From the NCBI RefSeq assembly GCF_009914755.1, contig NC_060931.1: a DNA stretch of 64,000 nt. One strand, given 5' to 3'. The notes under the pieces are model-generated. The model worked only from the letters and a program-made list of their open reading frames with translations, was not told the DNA's origin and ran no database searches. This document shows, piece after piece, positions 43,546-63,500 of the stretch (the first letter of the stretch is position 1; every line of letters starts with the position of its first letter). The position numbers and the translations under genes were made by a program. The DNA is from the human T2T-CHM13v2.0 reference genome, Homo sapiens.

Positions 43546-44227
43546 ATATTCGAAATTATTTTTATTAACCCACCCACTGGTGAAGCTTTTGCAGCACTTT
43601 CCCAACTCCTGGATTCCACACCTTCACCAGGTCCGAAGATTCCAATTTCAAGGTCTCAGCACTCCAAATACAGTTCTCTTTTTTCATTCTGTCTAAATGG
43701 TATTTTACATAGGAGAAATCCAATGTTTTCAGAGAATATTGGGACTTTTTTGCAAACATTTGACACTTGAAATCTGAATTCAGTGTTCTAAAATATTAAG
43801 ATAATTTTTCCTTTTTTTTTCCTTTTCTCACATATTTTGATGGTACAAATAATGAAACAAACTAGTGCTTAAAAGACGACCAATCTTGAGGAGGCTGATG
43901 TCAGTGTAAAAAACTAAATGAGAGTCCAGAAAGGCACCAGTCATAAAACAAGCCTTTCTTTATTTCAATGAGATAGTTTTCTCCTTAGGAAGGACAAGAG
44001 ATGGGTGCTAGAAACAGTTTGCTTTCAAGTTATCAAAACAACCACGACAGTTGAGAATGTCTGGAAAAGACCATTTGTTTTTTAGATTGTCAACTGCTAC
44101 ACAAACAGAATTTTCTGGAGTTGTGACAGGCATCAATTAAAAAACAAACCAAAAAAAAACAAAAAAACCAAAAAAACAAACACCTGGCCTTTTGAAGAAT
44201 CTATCAAGTTTTAAAAATTTCAGCATA

Positions 44228-44310
44228 CTTGCAGTGAGCCGAGATCGCATCACTGCACTCCAGCCTGGGCGACACAGCGAGACTCCGTCCCAAAAAAAAA
44301 AAAAAAAAAA
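44228..44310 (+). mobile_element. Severely 5'-truncated Alu (Y-like)
   Basis: Last ~64 nt of Alu plus A tail; 15-bp TSD AAAAATTTCAGCATA. Confidence 0.9.
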
Positions 44311-44627
44311 TTTCAGCATAGCTTCCTCTGCTCTAGTCACATTCAGAGCTTAGGTCTGTTCTCTCTTTCCAACCATACTGATAGATGACATGGCTCCATC
44401 AGGTTAATTACGCTCAGCACCCTAAGTAAATTCAGGTCACAAGTACAAGCTGTACTATATTATGATTAACAAGTTATCTCAGTTTTAAAAAATTAAACAA
44501 GAACATAAAGGCAATGCCACCTGCGATACAATAATCATATGAGTATACTATGTCCTTTTATTTTGGGTATCACTTTTCCTTTTTCCTCTCACCTCTGCGC
44601 AGTGACTTAAGAAAGCTGGGGAAAGGT

Positions 44628-45205
<578 letters not shown>

Positions 45206-47132
45206 TTACTTGAGATCAACCTGTCATTTCTAATACTGAGTTATTTAAGTATCAGTTGGTCTATTCAAACTCTACAAAACTGAAAAGATTAAGCTAACAA
45301 AGGACTTTGAAATTTTCACTCATATTTTATGACACCAGGATCAATCCTTTTTCCTGGCCTTACTTGTCTTAGGAATGTGGGCAAAGAGAAGAGGGGAAGG
45401 GGGACTCTTTTCTAAATGTGTAACATTTTTGGAAAAACCAATGTTATCATTTGGCTTTTAAGACTGCATTCAAGTTTCTAGGAATTCACCTTGCACATTC
45501 AATGTTCAATGTTTAGGAATGAAAAGCTCAACATTTCTACCAACCAGAAGAAAATCTATGGAGGAGCATGGACATATGTACTGATACCTCTATTCCTTCC
45601 CATCTCCTTACATGCCCTGTGAATAACATAAGTTAACATTTTATAATGCTTCTTATGAGAGCAAAAAGGGGAGTAGAGTTACAGCACTCATAGTCTTCCT
45701 ACAAAACTGTGCAAAGAAAACACCACTATGTGGAAACGTGTGGACTACAGAGCATGCTCAACAGAAAGGCCACAGCACTCCCGAGTTACTGACAGAAAAC
45801 AACCTCTTGAGGATTCCAGGCCCCAACCTAAAAGGGCTTCAATAAGCACTAAGCCAACAGAAGATCAAAGTGAAGAAGTAAGCTTAACATTAGTTATCAG
45901 CCAGATGGAAAGAATAGCAAAATTCCACATCATCGAGATTAGAAAACAACCGACTGGCTTTTCAATTTACTTTAGATCAGAAAAAAAAGTCGGGGAAAAA
46001 AGTCCTTATCAAAGGTTAACCAAACTAAGTCATTCACAATTACAAGAGATCTAAGACCCATACTACTCAAATTCGGCAAAAATGTACAACTCAGAGGGAA
46101 GAGGGGGAAGATCCCTGTTAATTAGTTGCCTCGATAAAAGAAAATATCATTTTGGTCAGTGCACAGCGTTGATAGGGTTTCGTTTCTCAATGCCTAAATG
46201 CTGTGAGCCCGACGTACAGATTCAAGTATAAACAACACGTGACCAGTCCTGTTGCCTACGTCTTCATAAGGCTAATTGACACAGAAGATAGTTCACACAC
46301 ACACCCTTTTAAAGTTCATTTTGTATTTTGAATTCTTTTCCTATTTTCACTGGAAGGGGTCACCGTGGTAGCCCGTGGGATGGACGCTCCTCTACCTTTT
46401 GAGGCAGGTAGAGTTCTTAGATAGCTAAGCCCAAGGGAAAAAAAGATGTTAACTCAAAATAACCGCCCCACACCAAACTAAGCGATTTTTCTATTCCCCG
46501 GTTGTTCAATCCGTAGGGAGAAGGAGGTGGTCGAATTCAAGGAAGTTAAAGATTTCACAAAGTAAACACGTACACAATTTTCCGTTTCAAAGGGCAGTTT
46601 CTGCTTTCTTTTTTAAGTCGATATAGACCATAACAGGAGCTCTGTTCGTCTAGACCTCTCTTGGTTAGTTCAGATGTACGCGGGGGGAATACAGAAGGAA
46701 GGGGGTGTCCTCCTTCGGCCCACCATGTCGCGAACACGTCGCGAGTCTTTAAGGGAAACAGCTTTACTTCGGTAAGGGCGGGCGCGAGCCGAGGCCAAGG
46801 CGCCGCCCGGGAGCCCCGCGGGCGCCGAGGCGCCCGGTGCCGGGGCCGGAAACGCCCAGCGAGCGGCGTACCGGGCCGCCCCTTCCCCGCGGACCTGCCC
46901 GGAGCTCCGCCGCCCTGGGGCCGCCGCGGGGTGCGGAGGGCGGCGCCGGCCGCCCGCGCCCCTCCCCCGCCCGCGGCGGAAGCGTCTCGGGTTTGAAAGA
47001 TGCCGCGGCCGCCGCCTCCCACCCGCCGAGCCACAAAGGGCCGAGCCCCCTCCCGCCACAGCCCTCCTCCCCGGCCCCTCCACAGGTCGCCGCGGGCTCC
47101 CAGCCTGCCCGGCGCTACTGTCGCCTGCTCAC

Positions 47133-47370
47133 CCGCGTCCCTCGGTCCGGAGGTGTGGGATCCGCTCCAGCCGGTGGCCCCGTCCACACTGGGCCCCTCC
47201 GGCGCGGCGGCGGGGGCGTGGCCCTCCCGCCGCGGCCTCGCCTGGGGTCTCGCCTCCGCCTCCGGCCGAGGAAGGCTGGCGCCGCCGCCTCTTCCTTCCG
47301 GTTTCCCCTCGCACCCTCCCTCGCTTGGTCCGTCCAGCGCGGAAAGCAGCGTCCTCTGCGGGCGCCGCCG
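47133..47370 (-). other. KBTBD2: KBTBD2 non-coding exon 1 (start approximate)
   Basis: Consensus donor CGCGG|GTGAGC at 47133/47132 inside the CpG island. The TSS cannot be read from sequence and is an estimate. Confidence 0.7.
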
Positions 47371-47474
47371 CACGCTCCTCAGGGCCCGACCACCGCCAGA
47401 CTCCTCCCCCGGGAGCCGCGCCGCCCGCCCGCCCGCGCCGCCTTGTCAGTCCCGGGCCGCGAGACGCCGGGCCC

Positions 47475-47532
47475 GCCGCCCCCGCCGCCCCCGCCGCCCC
47501 CGCCCCCGCCGCCCCCGCCCCCGCCCCCGCCG
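47475..47532. repeat. GC-rich tandem repeat of GCCGCCCCC and GCCCCC units
   Basis: Four 9-mers and three 6-mers giving seven C5 runs, read directly. Confidence 0.95.
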
Positions 47533-48869
47533 CGCGCTCTCGCCCCCGCCCGCGGCCCGGGAACGCGCGCGCAATGGACCGCTGGCCAGCCTGCCGCGCC
47601 CGCCCTCGCCACGCCGCCCTCCCGCCTCGCGCGCGCGCGCCTGTCGGCACCAGCGGCAGTTTTGCAGTTTCCCGGGTCCTCGCGACCGTCCCCCGCCCCT
47701 CCCTTACTCTAGCTGCCCCCGCCCTTTTCCTCTGCCGGATGCCACCGGAAAGCCAAAACAATTGGGGCCGCGCAGGCGCGAAAGAGGAAACGGAAAGAGC
47801 AGGAAGGGCGGGGGCGGCGCGAGGTGACGGGAAGCGTAATTGAAGGGGGTTCCCGGGAAAGGTCATGGGAGAGCCCTTGAGGGGCGCGTGCGCGGCAGAG
47901 GGGCACTCCGAGGAGCCGCGGCGGCCGAGGCCTTGGGCCTAGACGGGCGGATGGAGAGGCCCGACAAGTTCATTGCTAGGAAATCTAGAGAGCAAAACAC
48001 CAATTGTTATGCTGAAGGAGGTGTTTTATCCCTTGGAATTTCCCCTGAAATACAGATTTTTGCAGGCTGGCTCGGAAAGTGGGAATGAGTAGGACTAAAC
48101 AATACCAGACCGGGGGCAGGAGAAAGTTGAGGAGGCGTTGGGCGGGTCGCTTTGTTGCCGCAGCACCTCTTCTCCAAACCATGCCCTCCTCTCTCCAGAG
48201 CCGCTTCGGCTTTTCCCAAGGCCAAGGAAGAAGTCAGAGCAGCACCCAAAAGGGCCCGCAGTTGGGGGAGGTTAGGGGAAAAGGGAGAGAGAGACATCTG
48301 GGTGCGGACGGCAGCTCCAGCGTCTGAAGCCTTCCGTTGTGTGCTGCAATGCGGCGGCTGCACGCCCCCAACCCCCCGAGTTCCAAAAGAGCGCCTTCAG
48401 CGTTGCTTCGCAAAGCGAAGCGTTTGTAGCAGCAGCTAATGGCTGTGGCCCGTACTGTTTTAGTTAACTTGGCACAGCTTGCTGGCAGGCAGGCTGTAAA
48501 TTTGCTAGGAGCTATTCGTGGATCAAAAAATTGTCAGAAATGCCCACACAGACTCCACCTACCTTCCTAACTTACAGTCTTGGCACAAGCCCAATCTAGA
48601 GAATATAGATGACTAATTATAATCTGAAAGGCCATACAGTACATTACTGAAGGGAGCCTCTTCCTGTAAACTAGGCTAGATCAACTGAATGCACACCAAG
48701 ATGCGTGTTATCAGGAACTACTGATAAAGGATTGTTTTACTGTAGAATCTGGAAACTACATTCAACAAATCTTCATTGAGTTTCCAGCATGCTACCACTG
48801 TACTTAGTCTAATTAAGTAGTTAAGTGGTATGATATCAAACAAGCTATACAAAAGATTAAAGTCATTTA

Positions 48870-49330
48870 ACACACACTTGAGCACCTACTTTGTGCCAGA
48901 TTGGGTATGAGAGATGCGGTCTAAACATGCAGACAACAACAACAAATGATACCTGCGGCAAGGAGTTCGTGATTCATCCTGTGGGCAACAAAAAGCCACT
49001 TAAGATTTTTAAGCAGGAGAATATCTTGATAAGATTTTAGAGAAAAAATTCTAAAGCATGATAGATAGCAGACTGGAAGCAGGGATACTAGTTAGGACGC
49101 TGTTAATGCAGTCCAGACATGAGTTGGAGAGAAAGTCCAAACTAACAGTGTCAGTGAGAATGGAGAAGCAGAGATACATTTGAAAACTAGCCAGCTATGA
49201 TAAATAAGACTTGATTACCTAGAGGATGAGGGGAAATAAGAAATCAAGGATAACTGAGTTTTTTAGTTAGGGTGATTAGATGGTGTTATCAGTGACTATA
49301 AGAGGAGTAATGAATTGTGAGGATGAAAGA
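48870..49330 (-). mobile_element. L2 fragments
   Basis: TTGAGCACCTACTTTGTGCCAG; AGCCACTTAAGATTTTTAAGCAGG; GAAATCAAGGATAACT. Confidence 0.65.
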
Positions 49331-49357
49331 GAGGACTAAAGTTGTCCTTTTAATGGC

Positions 49358-49785
49358 TGTACAGTTAGGAATGCATTTGGGCCCACATTTTTTTCGAAAA
49401 GATTCCATTATAATAGCTTAAACAAGACCTCAAATCTACAGGTAGGCAGTTACCTTTGTTGGTTCAATAGCTCAAGAACAGCAGGGCCATCATTTCTGTG
49501 ATTCTCTCGACATTGACTTCATGGTTGCAATATGGCTGCAGCAGTTTTAGCCTTCGCACCTTTGTTCAAGGCAAGAAGAGGGGAAAGGGGGTGGCTTCCA
49601 CCATCCATGGTCTTTTTTTTCTTCAGGAAAGTGAAAGCTTTCTCAGGATACTACATCTCCCAAACTCAGCAGACTTCCACAAACATCTCATTGTCTAGAA
49701 TTGTAATTTGGCCACCTATAAAGATTACAAAAGAGAAAAACACTGGGAATGGATATTGGGTCAGACAAGTCAGACAAATAGCAGT
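49358..49785 (-). mobile_element. Old MLT1 (J/K/L-like) LTR
   Basis: TGTACAGTTAGGAATGC terminus; CATGGTTGCAATATGGCTGCAGCAG; CAGCAGACTTCC..ATCTCATTG. Confidence 0.7.
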
Positions 49786-50479
49786 CGGCTAGTTAGTTAA
49801 TATTTAAAGCATCCTTCTTTAACACTTAAAACCCTGAGAGCTGTTAGGATGGATTGATGTTCCTAGGTTTCAAAAAAGGCCAATCGCTTTGGTGTGTTAT
49901 CTTAACTGGGAAAAGAACAGGTTGAACATTTATACTCAAATAGTTGTAGTTGTTTGCCATCCCTTATCTCAAGGTTCCCATCCCCTTAAACAAAGTCTCA
50001 CAGGGGACTGGAACAATGAGGAAGAAGGGACTGGTGCAGTCAGGGGAGGGTGACTCCCGTTCAGCTTTCCTTTTGCAGCTGCCATCTTAGAATAACTGTA
50101 GGTTCTTGGCATCGTTAATTTGATGTTCCGCCTAAAACACCATCTTAATTCCCTTAGAGATCTTGTCTCTGAGCTTAGAAGGCTCTGAGTGATCACAGCA
50201 AGTTCCAGTGTCCATTTTAGGGAGTCATACATCAGTATCTTCTAGCAGTTACACAAACTCTTTTGGAATGTACAGCATCTCTCTTGTGATCTGTATCCAA
50301 AACATTATTTCATGCAACCCTTTTCCATTAACAAGGCATCTTTCCTTTTAATTATTAATAAGTCATCTTTCCTTTCAACTGATGGCCACAAAAAGTATCA
50401 TCCTAAAACTGTACTTTAAACATTGTTATGATTCTAGAACAGAAAGAAGATAGTAATGATTCCTAGAAAAATAAACATG

Positions 50480-51040
<561 letters not shown>

Positions 51041-51089
51041 CCAGAGTCTATGATCTTAACCACTCTGCTTTACTGACTTCTGTCCTCCT

Positions 51090-51430
51090 ACCAAATTGCT
51101 TCCCAGCATCACTTCAAATCTTAGGAACTGCCATATTATCTCAGCAATATAGTTTAAGTAGTATGAGCAGAAAGGAAAAGGGGGTGATTTTTCTTCTCCC
51201 TTCTCTCTTCTAATCAGGTAGGAAAAATATTTCTCAGAATCCCGAACAGAGTACCCCTGATGTCTTCTTGGCCAGGATAATGAGATTGTTGTTATGGTCT
51301 CCAGTCATTAGTTGGGAGAGAGAGAGGAAAGAGTTCCCCTTTCTCTGAGCACATTCCTTTTTTTTTTTTCCTTCAATCTGGACAACATCTTCGTTCTCTC
51401 AGCAAGGAAGAAGTAGATGAGACCACCAAC
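51090..51430 (-). mobile_element. Old MLT1 fragment
   Basis: TTTCTCAGAATCCC..TTGGCCAGGA..TTCTCTCAGCAAGGAAGAAG. Confidence 0.5.
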
Positions 51431-51578
51431 CATGTTTCCCACAAAGGCAATCAAACCATGAGACCCACATAGGAAATGGAAGTGTATAAGCACCAAACTG
51501 AGTTTTATCCTCAATCTGCCATTCAGTAGCTATATGATTCTGGCAAGTTATTTAACCTATCTGAACCTGGTCATATTA

Positions 51579-51953
<375 letters not shown>

Positions 51954-51994
51954 TTATTAAAAACAGTTTTTAATATCATATTCTTTTTCACATG

Positions 51995-53194
<1,200 letters not shown>

Positions 53195-53512
53195 GCAGAA
53201 AACATTCTTATCAGCAGAGACGGGGAGTCCAGGCTAAGTATATTCTATAAAAACAGACCTTGTTAAAGTACCTCTTATCTTCCTTCAGTCTCCCTATCTG
53301 TTTTAGTTACTTTTCCAAAATTGTCTTTGTTCAGCCTAATATATGACCACTTAGATTTTGCCACTTCTTTGGGTCTTCATTTTCCTGTGGAGGCTCCCAT
53401 GTGCCTGTAAAAATATATAGGCTTTTCTCCTGTTAAATCTATCTTATGTCAATTTAATTCTCAGTCTCAGCCAGAGACCCTAAGAGAGTAGAGGTAAAGT
53501 TTTGCCTCTACT
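53195..53512 (+). mobile_element. MER92/MER93-like LTR 3' part
   Basis: GGGTCTTCATTT..CTTTTCTCCTGTTAAATCTATCTTATGTCAATTTAATTCTCAG..ACCCTAAGAG. Confidence 0.65.
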
Positions 53513-53564
53513 ATATATGTGTGTGTGTATATATATCTATATCTATCTATATATATATAGCTTG

Positions 53565-53732
53565 TTTTTTTAGAGATGGGGTTTTGCTATGCTGCCCAGG
53601 CTGGAGTACAGTGGCTATTCGCAGGCACAATGATAACACACCACAGCCTTGAACTCCTAGTCTTAAATGATCCTCCTGCCTCAATCTCCCAAGTAGCTGG
53701 GACTACAAGTGCAGGTGCCACTCCACCTGGCT
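53565..53732 (-). mobile_element. Alu monomer (FAM/FRAM-like)
   Basis: Single antisense arm. Confidence 0.8.
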
Positions 53733-53754
53733 CAAAAACAAACAAACAAAAATT

Positions 53755-54070
53755 AACAAATGAAATTCTGATACATGTTAAAACACTGATGAACCGTGAA
53801 ACACTACGCTAAGTGAAATAAGCCAGGCACACAAGGACAAATATTATGATTACATTTATATGTATGTGGTACCTAGAATAGTCAAATTTAGAGAGACAGA
53901 AAGTAGAATAGAGGTTACCGGGGGTTTAACAGGTACCGAGTTTCTGTTTGGGATGATGAAAAAGTTCTGGAAAAGGATAGTGGTGATGGCTATACAACAT
54001 TGTAGTAAACATACCGAATGTCACTGAATTGTACACTTAAAATGATTAAAATGATAAATTTTATGTATAT
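53755..54070 (+). mobile_element. L1MB-like 3' end
   Basis: GCTAAGTGAAATAAGCCAGGCACA..GGGATGATGAAAAAGTTCTGG..GAATTGTACACTTAAAATG. Confidence 0.85.
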
Positions 54071-55189
<1,119 letters not shown>

Positions 55190-55229
55190 ATATCTTAGCA
55201 AAAAAAAAAAAAGTTTAAAACAAAACAAA

Positions 55230-55395
55230 ACAGCACTGGACAGAAGCCTGGCTTTGCCAATTACTAGACCCGTGACCTGAGGCAAGTTACCTGACTTACC
55301 CAAACCTCAGTTTTCAGGTCTATAGAATGAAAATAATAATAGTACCTACTTCCTGGGTCTTTTACGAAGTTAAAATGAGGTAACTTGGCAAAGTA
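55230..55395 (+). mobile_element. MIR
   Basis: GTGACCTGAGGCAAGTTAC..CCTCAGTTTT..ATAATAGTACCTAC. Confidence 0.75.
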
Positions 55396-55818
55396 TTACA
55401 TTGTTTAAGGCTTAATTCTTCCTAGCTTTAAGGGAAAATACTCATTCTAAAAATCATGAATGTCCTTAGTACGTTATCTAGCAAAATTGTTACTGTGACA
55501 ATGGCAGAGATCAAATGTACTATTTTTGATACTTGGCCACATATTTTGTCTTTTCAAGGGGAAAACCCTCTATTTCAGGAAAATGTTTTAACAGGCATAT
55601 TTATTCTTAAGATGAGGGCCTACAGGCTGGATGAGACATGCTCTGCATGAGAAATGAACAGGAATTTCTGAGGTTCTAATAAAAAAAGTTAGCTGAGCAG
55701 GTAGAGAAAGGGTAGAGAGCAGTGTGGCTGAATTCTAAGAGAAAATGTCTTTCTGGTGGAGACGATGGAAGCAGTTTTTAGAAAAGGATTTCTAAGATTC
55801 ATTTTTAAATTGTGTGCT

Positions 55819-56118
55819 GGCCAGGCGTGGAGGTTCAAGCCTGTAATCCCAGCACTTTGGGAGGCTGAAGTGGGCGGATCACTTGAGGTCAGGAGTTTGA
55901 AACTAGCCTAGCCAACATGGGGAAACTCTGTCTCTACTTAAAATACAAAAATTAGCCGGGCGTGGTGGTAGGTGCCCTAAATCTCAGCTACTCAGAGGCT
56001 CAGACACGAGAATCGCTTGAACCCGGGAGACAGAGGTTGCGGTGAGTCAGGATCTCGCCACTGCACTCCCGCCTGTGTAACATAGTGAGACTCTGTCTCA
56101 AAAAATAAAATAAAATAA
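55819..56118 (+). mobile_element. Alu (S-like)
   Basis: Dimer; TSD-like TAAATTGT.TGCTG. Confidence 0.95.
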
Positions 56119-56726
56119 ATTGTTTGCTGTACTATTCTGTGATATAAATACACTCCAATACTGGCCTTCCTGGCCACGATTCAACTGCTAGGTGCACAAC
56201 TTTGATTCTGTGTTCAAGAGGGTAAAGAGAAGGGACAAAGTCTATCAGTGCAGAGCATGAGAAGGGAAAACCCTTATTGAAGCATGTAAGGGAGACCTAG
56301 GACTCAGCCAGAAACAGGAACTTGAAATCAGGGATCTAAAAGGAAACATGTCCCAGGTATCCAAACAGATATTTACAAGGGATGATGGGCCTCCCAATGT
56401 GTATAGAATGGGGGAAAGAGCTAAATTTTATTTAAATCTCAAAGTATAGAATGACCCCAGCTGATACCTGAGTTGGGTTGTGTAAATGTTTTTACATTCC
56501 AAGCTAAATGCCATACTTCTCATAAAGCCCATGATCTGACAACCCATGGGTCATTAATCGGTATACAGGAAAGACCTTTGGAACAAGACCTAGGAGAAGT
56601 GGATCTTAGTTCAACTCTTAATTAGCTGTGTAATAATGGTGAAATATTGATTGTTTATTCTCTTCTGATCACATGTTCCCAATTTAGAAAGTGGGATGAT
56701 CACTGAGAAGCCAGCTTTGGGGTCTA

Positions 56727-58128
<1,402 letters not shown>

Positions 58129-58782
58129 ATTAATGAAATTCAAAGATACTTCACATTTGTTTGAACTTATTAGTAGTTGGCAGTAATCTGCAAACAATAA
58201 TCTATAAATCTAACCATTCAGGCAACAACTATTTACTGAGTTCCTATGTCTTCCTAACACAGGCTATTTTAATTACAGCTGTGATGTGATTATTTTTCTG
58301 GCCTTGAGCATAGAATTGTAGAGATCTGATTGAAATCCTGGTGTTCATAGTTAGAGAGAATTTGGAAAAGCTCCTTAATATCTATGTGCCTGTTTCCTCA
58401 ACTATAAAATGGTGATAATACAATATTATGATGAATAATCAAGTTCTGAACCTTAGTCTTACCTTAAAACATAATTTGAAAGTCAAGGCATAAATAGATT
58501 TTTAAAACTTAAAGTATCTTGCCCAGACTATAAACAAGGCTATTTGTTATTTTGCTAATTATTTTTCTTTCCTGCAGCCATTGGAAGATCATGGTCCTTA
58601 GATGAAATAAATAAATATAGCAATTTAAACAGGGTCAGCTATGTTTTTAATATACTTGCTTCCTCCCCTTGCCATTTATTGCTAATTTTTCAGTCACGTG
58701 TGAAATCCCTGATAAGGATCTGCACGTTACAAATATCCACAAATTTCATATTTTCTCTCCTAATTATTAGAAGTTCAGATAC

Positions 58783-59078
<296 letters not shown>

Positions 59079-59272
59079 TCAGATACAATTATTATAATAG
59101 AAACTTTATTCTAGCAAAATATGAATACACACATTTTTCAGTGACAGAAAAGTAGTCACAATAATATGAAAAAATGATATATAAATTCAGTGAAAACTAG
59201 AGAAATAAAAATCTGAAACTGTGAGTTATTTCTCAAGTAAATGAAGAGAATATCAAGAATCTTTCCCAGCAC

Positions 59273-59571
59273 TTTTTTTTTTTTTTGACAGAGTCTCACT
59301 CCATCGCCCAGGCTGGAGTGCAGTGCCAGTGATCTCAGCTCACTGCAGCCTATGCCTCCCAAGTTCAAGAGATTTCTCCTGCCTCAGCCTTCCAAGCTGG
59401 GACCACAGGCACACGCCACCATGCCCGGCTAATTTTTTGTATTTTTAGTAGAGATGGAGGGGGTTCTTACCATGTTGCCCAGGCTGGTCTCAAACTCCTG
59501 AGTAAAGGCAATCCACCCACCTCGGCCTCCCAAAGTGCTAGGATTACAGGTATGAACCACCACATCCGGCC
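59273..59571 (-). mobile_element. Alu
   Basis: Antisense dimer; TSD CAGCACTT. Confidence 0.94.
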
Positions 59572-59726
59572 AGCACTTCTGATCTATAAATACAACTGTC
59601 CTCAACCAACAGTTTACTTCATTTATTGTAATACATTCATAATTCAAAGATGTGATTGCCACTGAAAAGTATTTTTCAGGGGAGGGGTTGGGAAGGGGAA
59701 AAAATTATTTTTCAAAGGAAGTTATT

Positions 59727-60014
59727 GGCTGGGTGAGGTGGCTGACACCTGTAATCTCAGCACTTTGGGAGGCCAAGGCAGGTGGACTGCCTGAGTTTGA
59801 GACCAGCCTGGGCAACATGGTGAAGCACCATCTCTACAAAAGACACAAAAAATTAGCCAGGCATAGTGTTGTGTGCCTGCAGTCCCAGCTACTCGGGAGG
59901 CTGGTGTGGGAGGATCATGGAGCCCAGGAGGTCAAGGCTGCAGTGAGTTGTGATTGTGCCACTGCACTCCAGCCTGGGTAACAGAGCGAGACTTAATCTC
60001 GAAAAAAAAAAAAA
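59727..60014 (+). mobile_element. Alu (J-like)
   Basis: Dimer; TSD AAGTTATT. Confidence 0.94.
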
Positions 60015-60262
60015 GTTATTTACTGTGAAGAGAGGCAGAATATGCCACACCAAAATATGCCACTTTAGTATAAGGATTATTTTGAGCTACTTGAAAAACA
60101 GCAGATGCAAGAAGGGCACCCTGATCTCTTTTCTTCCCGAACACAGGAAATAAGAACTCCCACATGAAAGATGCCCTCCTTGTACGAGGAGAAAAGAAAC
60201 ATTCTTCAATGGGACATCATAGCTGAGAGAATTCAGTGGAAATGACCTTGTTAAAATAATTA

Positions 60263-60667
<405 letters not shown>

Positions 60668-60765
60668 TCACTTTTCTACAACTGCCTCTCGTTATTCAAC
60701 TTAATATAAAAGCATTTAGATTTCGCCACTTCTCTGGGTGCTCATTTCCTTATGAGGGCTCTAAA

Positions 60766-61235
60766 TGATTCAGGGCAGGTGAGCCCCAAAATTGGGGCTT
60801 AACCCAGGAAGTTTCTTGGCTTCACCCAGCAAAGAATTCAAAAGTGAGCTGGCGGTGTTAGACAGCAACATTTATTGAAGCGGCGGTGCACAGCCGCAGA
60901 AGCACTGCTCCTTGTGGAGTGGGGCTATCCAGCAGGCTGTGTGCCCAGAGTAGCAGCTCAAAGGCAGGTCTGTAGTCATGTTCACATCTGCTTGTAATTA
61001 TATGCAAATTAAGGGGTGAATTATGCGCAAGTTTCTAGGAAAAGTAATGCAGACGTTTCTAGGAAAACAACCCCGGTCGTAGGGTCGTTACCAGGAAAGG
61101 GGTGGCAACTTCTGGGTGTTGCCATGGCAATGGTAAACTCACATGGCACATTAGTGGGCGTGACTTATGGAAAGTAGTTTCCTCAATCTGGTCCCCTCTT
61201 TGAGCCTCGCCTTTGGAATCCCACCTCCTACCTCA
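60766..61235 (-). mobile_element. ERV1 solo LTR (MER50-like)
   Basis: TG...CA termini; CAGGGCAGGTGAGCCCCAAAATTGGGGCTT ... CCCACCTCCTACCTCA; subfamily from memory. Confidence 0.7.
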
Positions 61236-61406
61236 CCGTGTCATTTAAAACATATAAATTTGTATGCTTTTCTCTTTTTTTATTTATGGCAATTTATCAG
61301 GCTCAGCTAAAAACCCTCAGGGTAGAGGTAAACTTTTGCATCCCCTTTTCTGAAATAGAAAAACTGGCATTCGTATCAGATAGGTTCATTCTATCTGCGA
61401 GATGGT

Positions 61407-62169
<763 letters not shown>

Positions 62170-62502
62170 GAATCTTGGATCTGATGTTGATACACACGAA
62201 AAGGGTGAAAGCAAATGTTCCCCAAGACAGTACAGAGATGTAGAATAATTCTTAGACCTTAGGTTACTGTTAAAAGTTCCACCATGTATGGGTGGATCTT
62301 TCATGTGAAACTTTGAAAACTAATATGAAAGCCACTCATATAATGCAGTTTTATTGCTGAACATGAAATTCTATTAAAATTGAGATTTTTATGTCCTGAA
62401 GCTCTGGTTCTGATTGCTCACTCCGAACAAGTTTCCTTTAGTACACCTATTGGATATATTGCTTTACCTGGTTGAACATCTACATTAAAAAAATGTTTTA
62501 CA

Positions 62503-63500
<998 letters not shown>

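Larger units (their letters stand above)
46660..48430. promoter_or_regulatory. CpG-island promoter of KBTBD2, probably bidirectional
   Basis: Very high GC and CpG density; many GC boxes; ETS motif CCGGAAG (47295-47301, minus); NRF1-type GCGCnnGCGC at 47770-47779 and 47884-47893; no TATA box seen. Confidence 0.92.

Noticed and set aside
43565-43770. Possible cassette exon in intron 1
   Set aside because: Only weak splice-site matches and no recognisable coding signal.
46555-48439. Many overlapping 100-290 aa ORFs on both strands
   Set aside because: Stop-poor CpG-island sequence giving low-complexity R/P/G/A translations with no domain; not called as genes.
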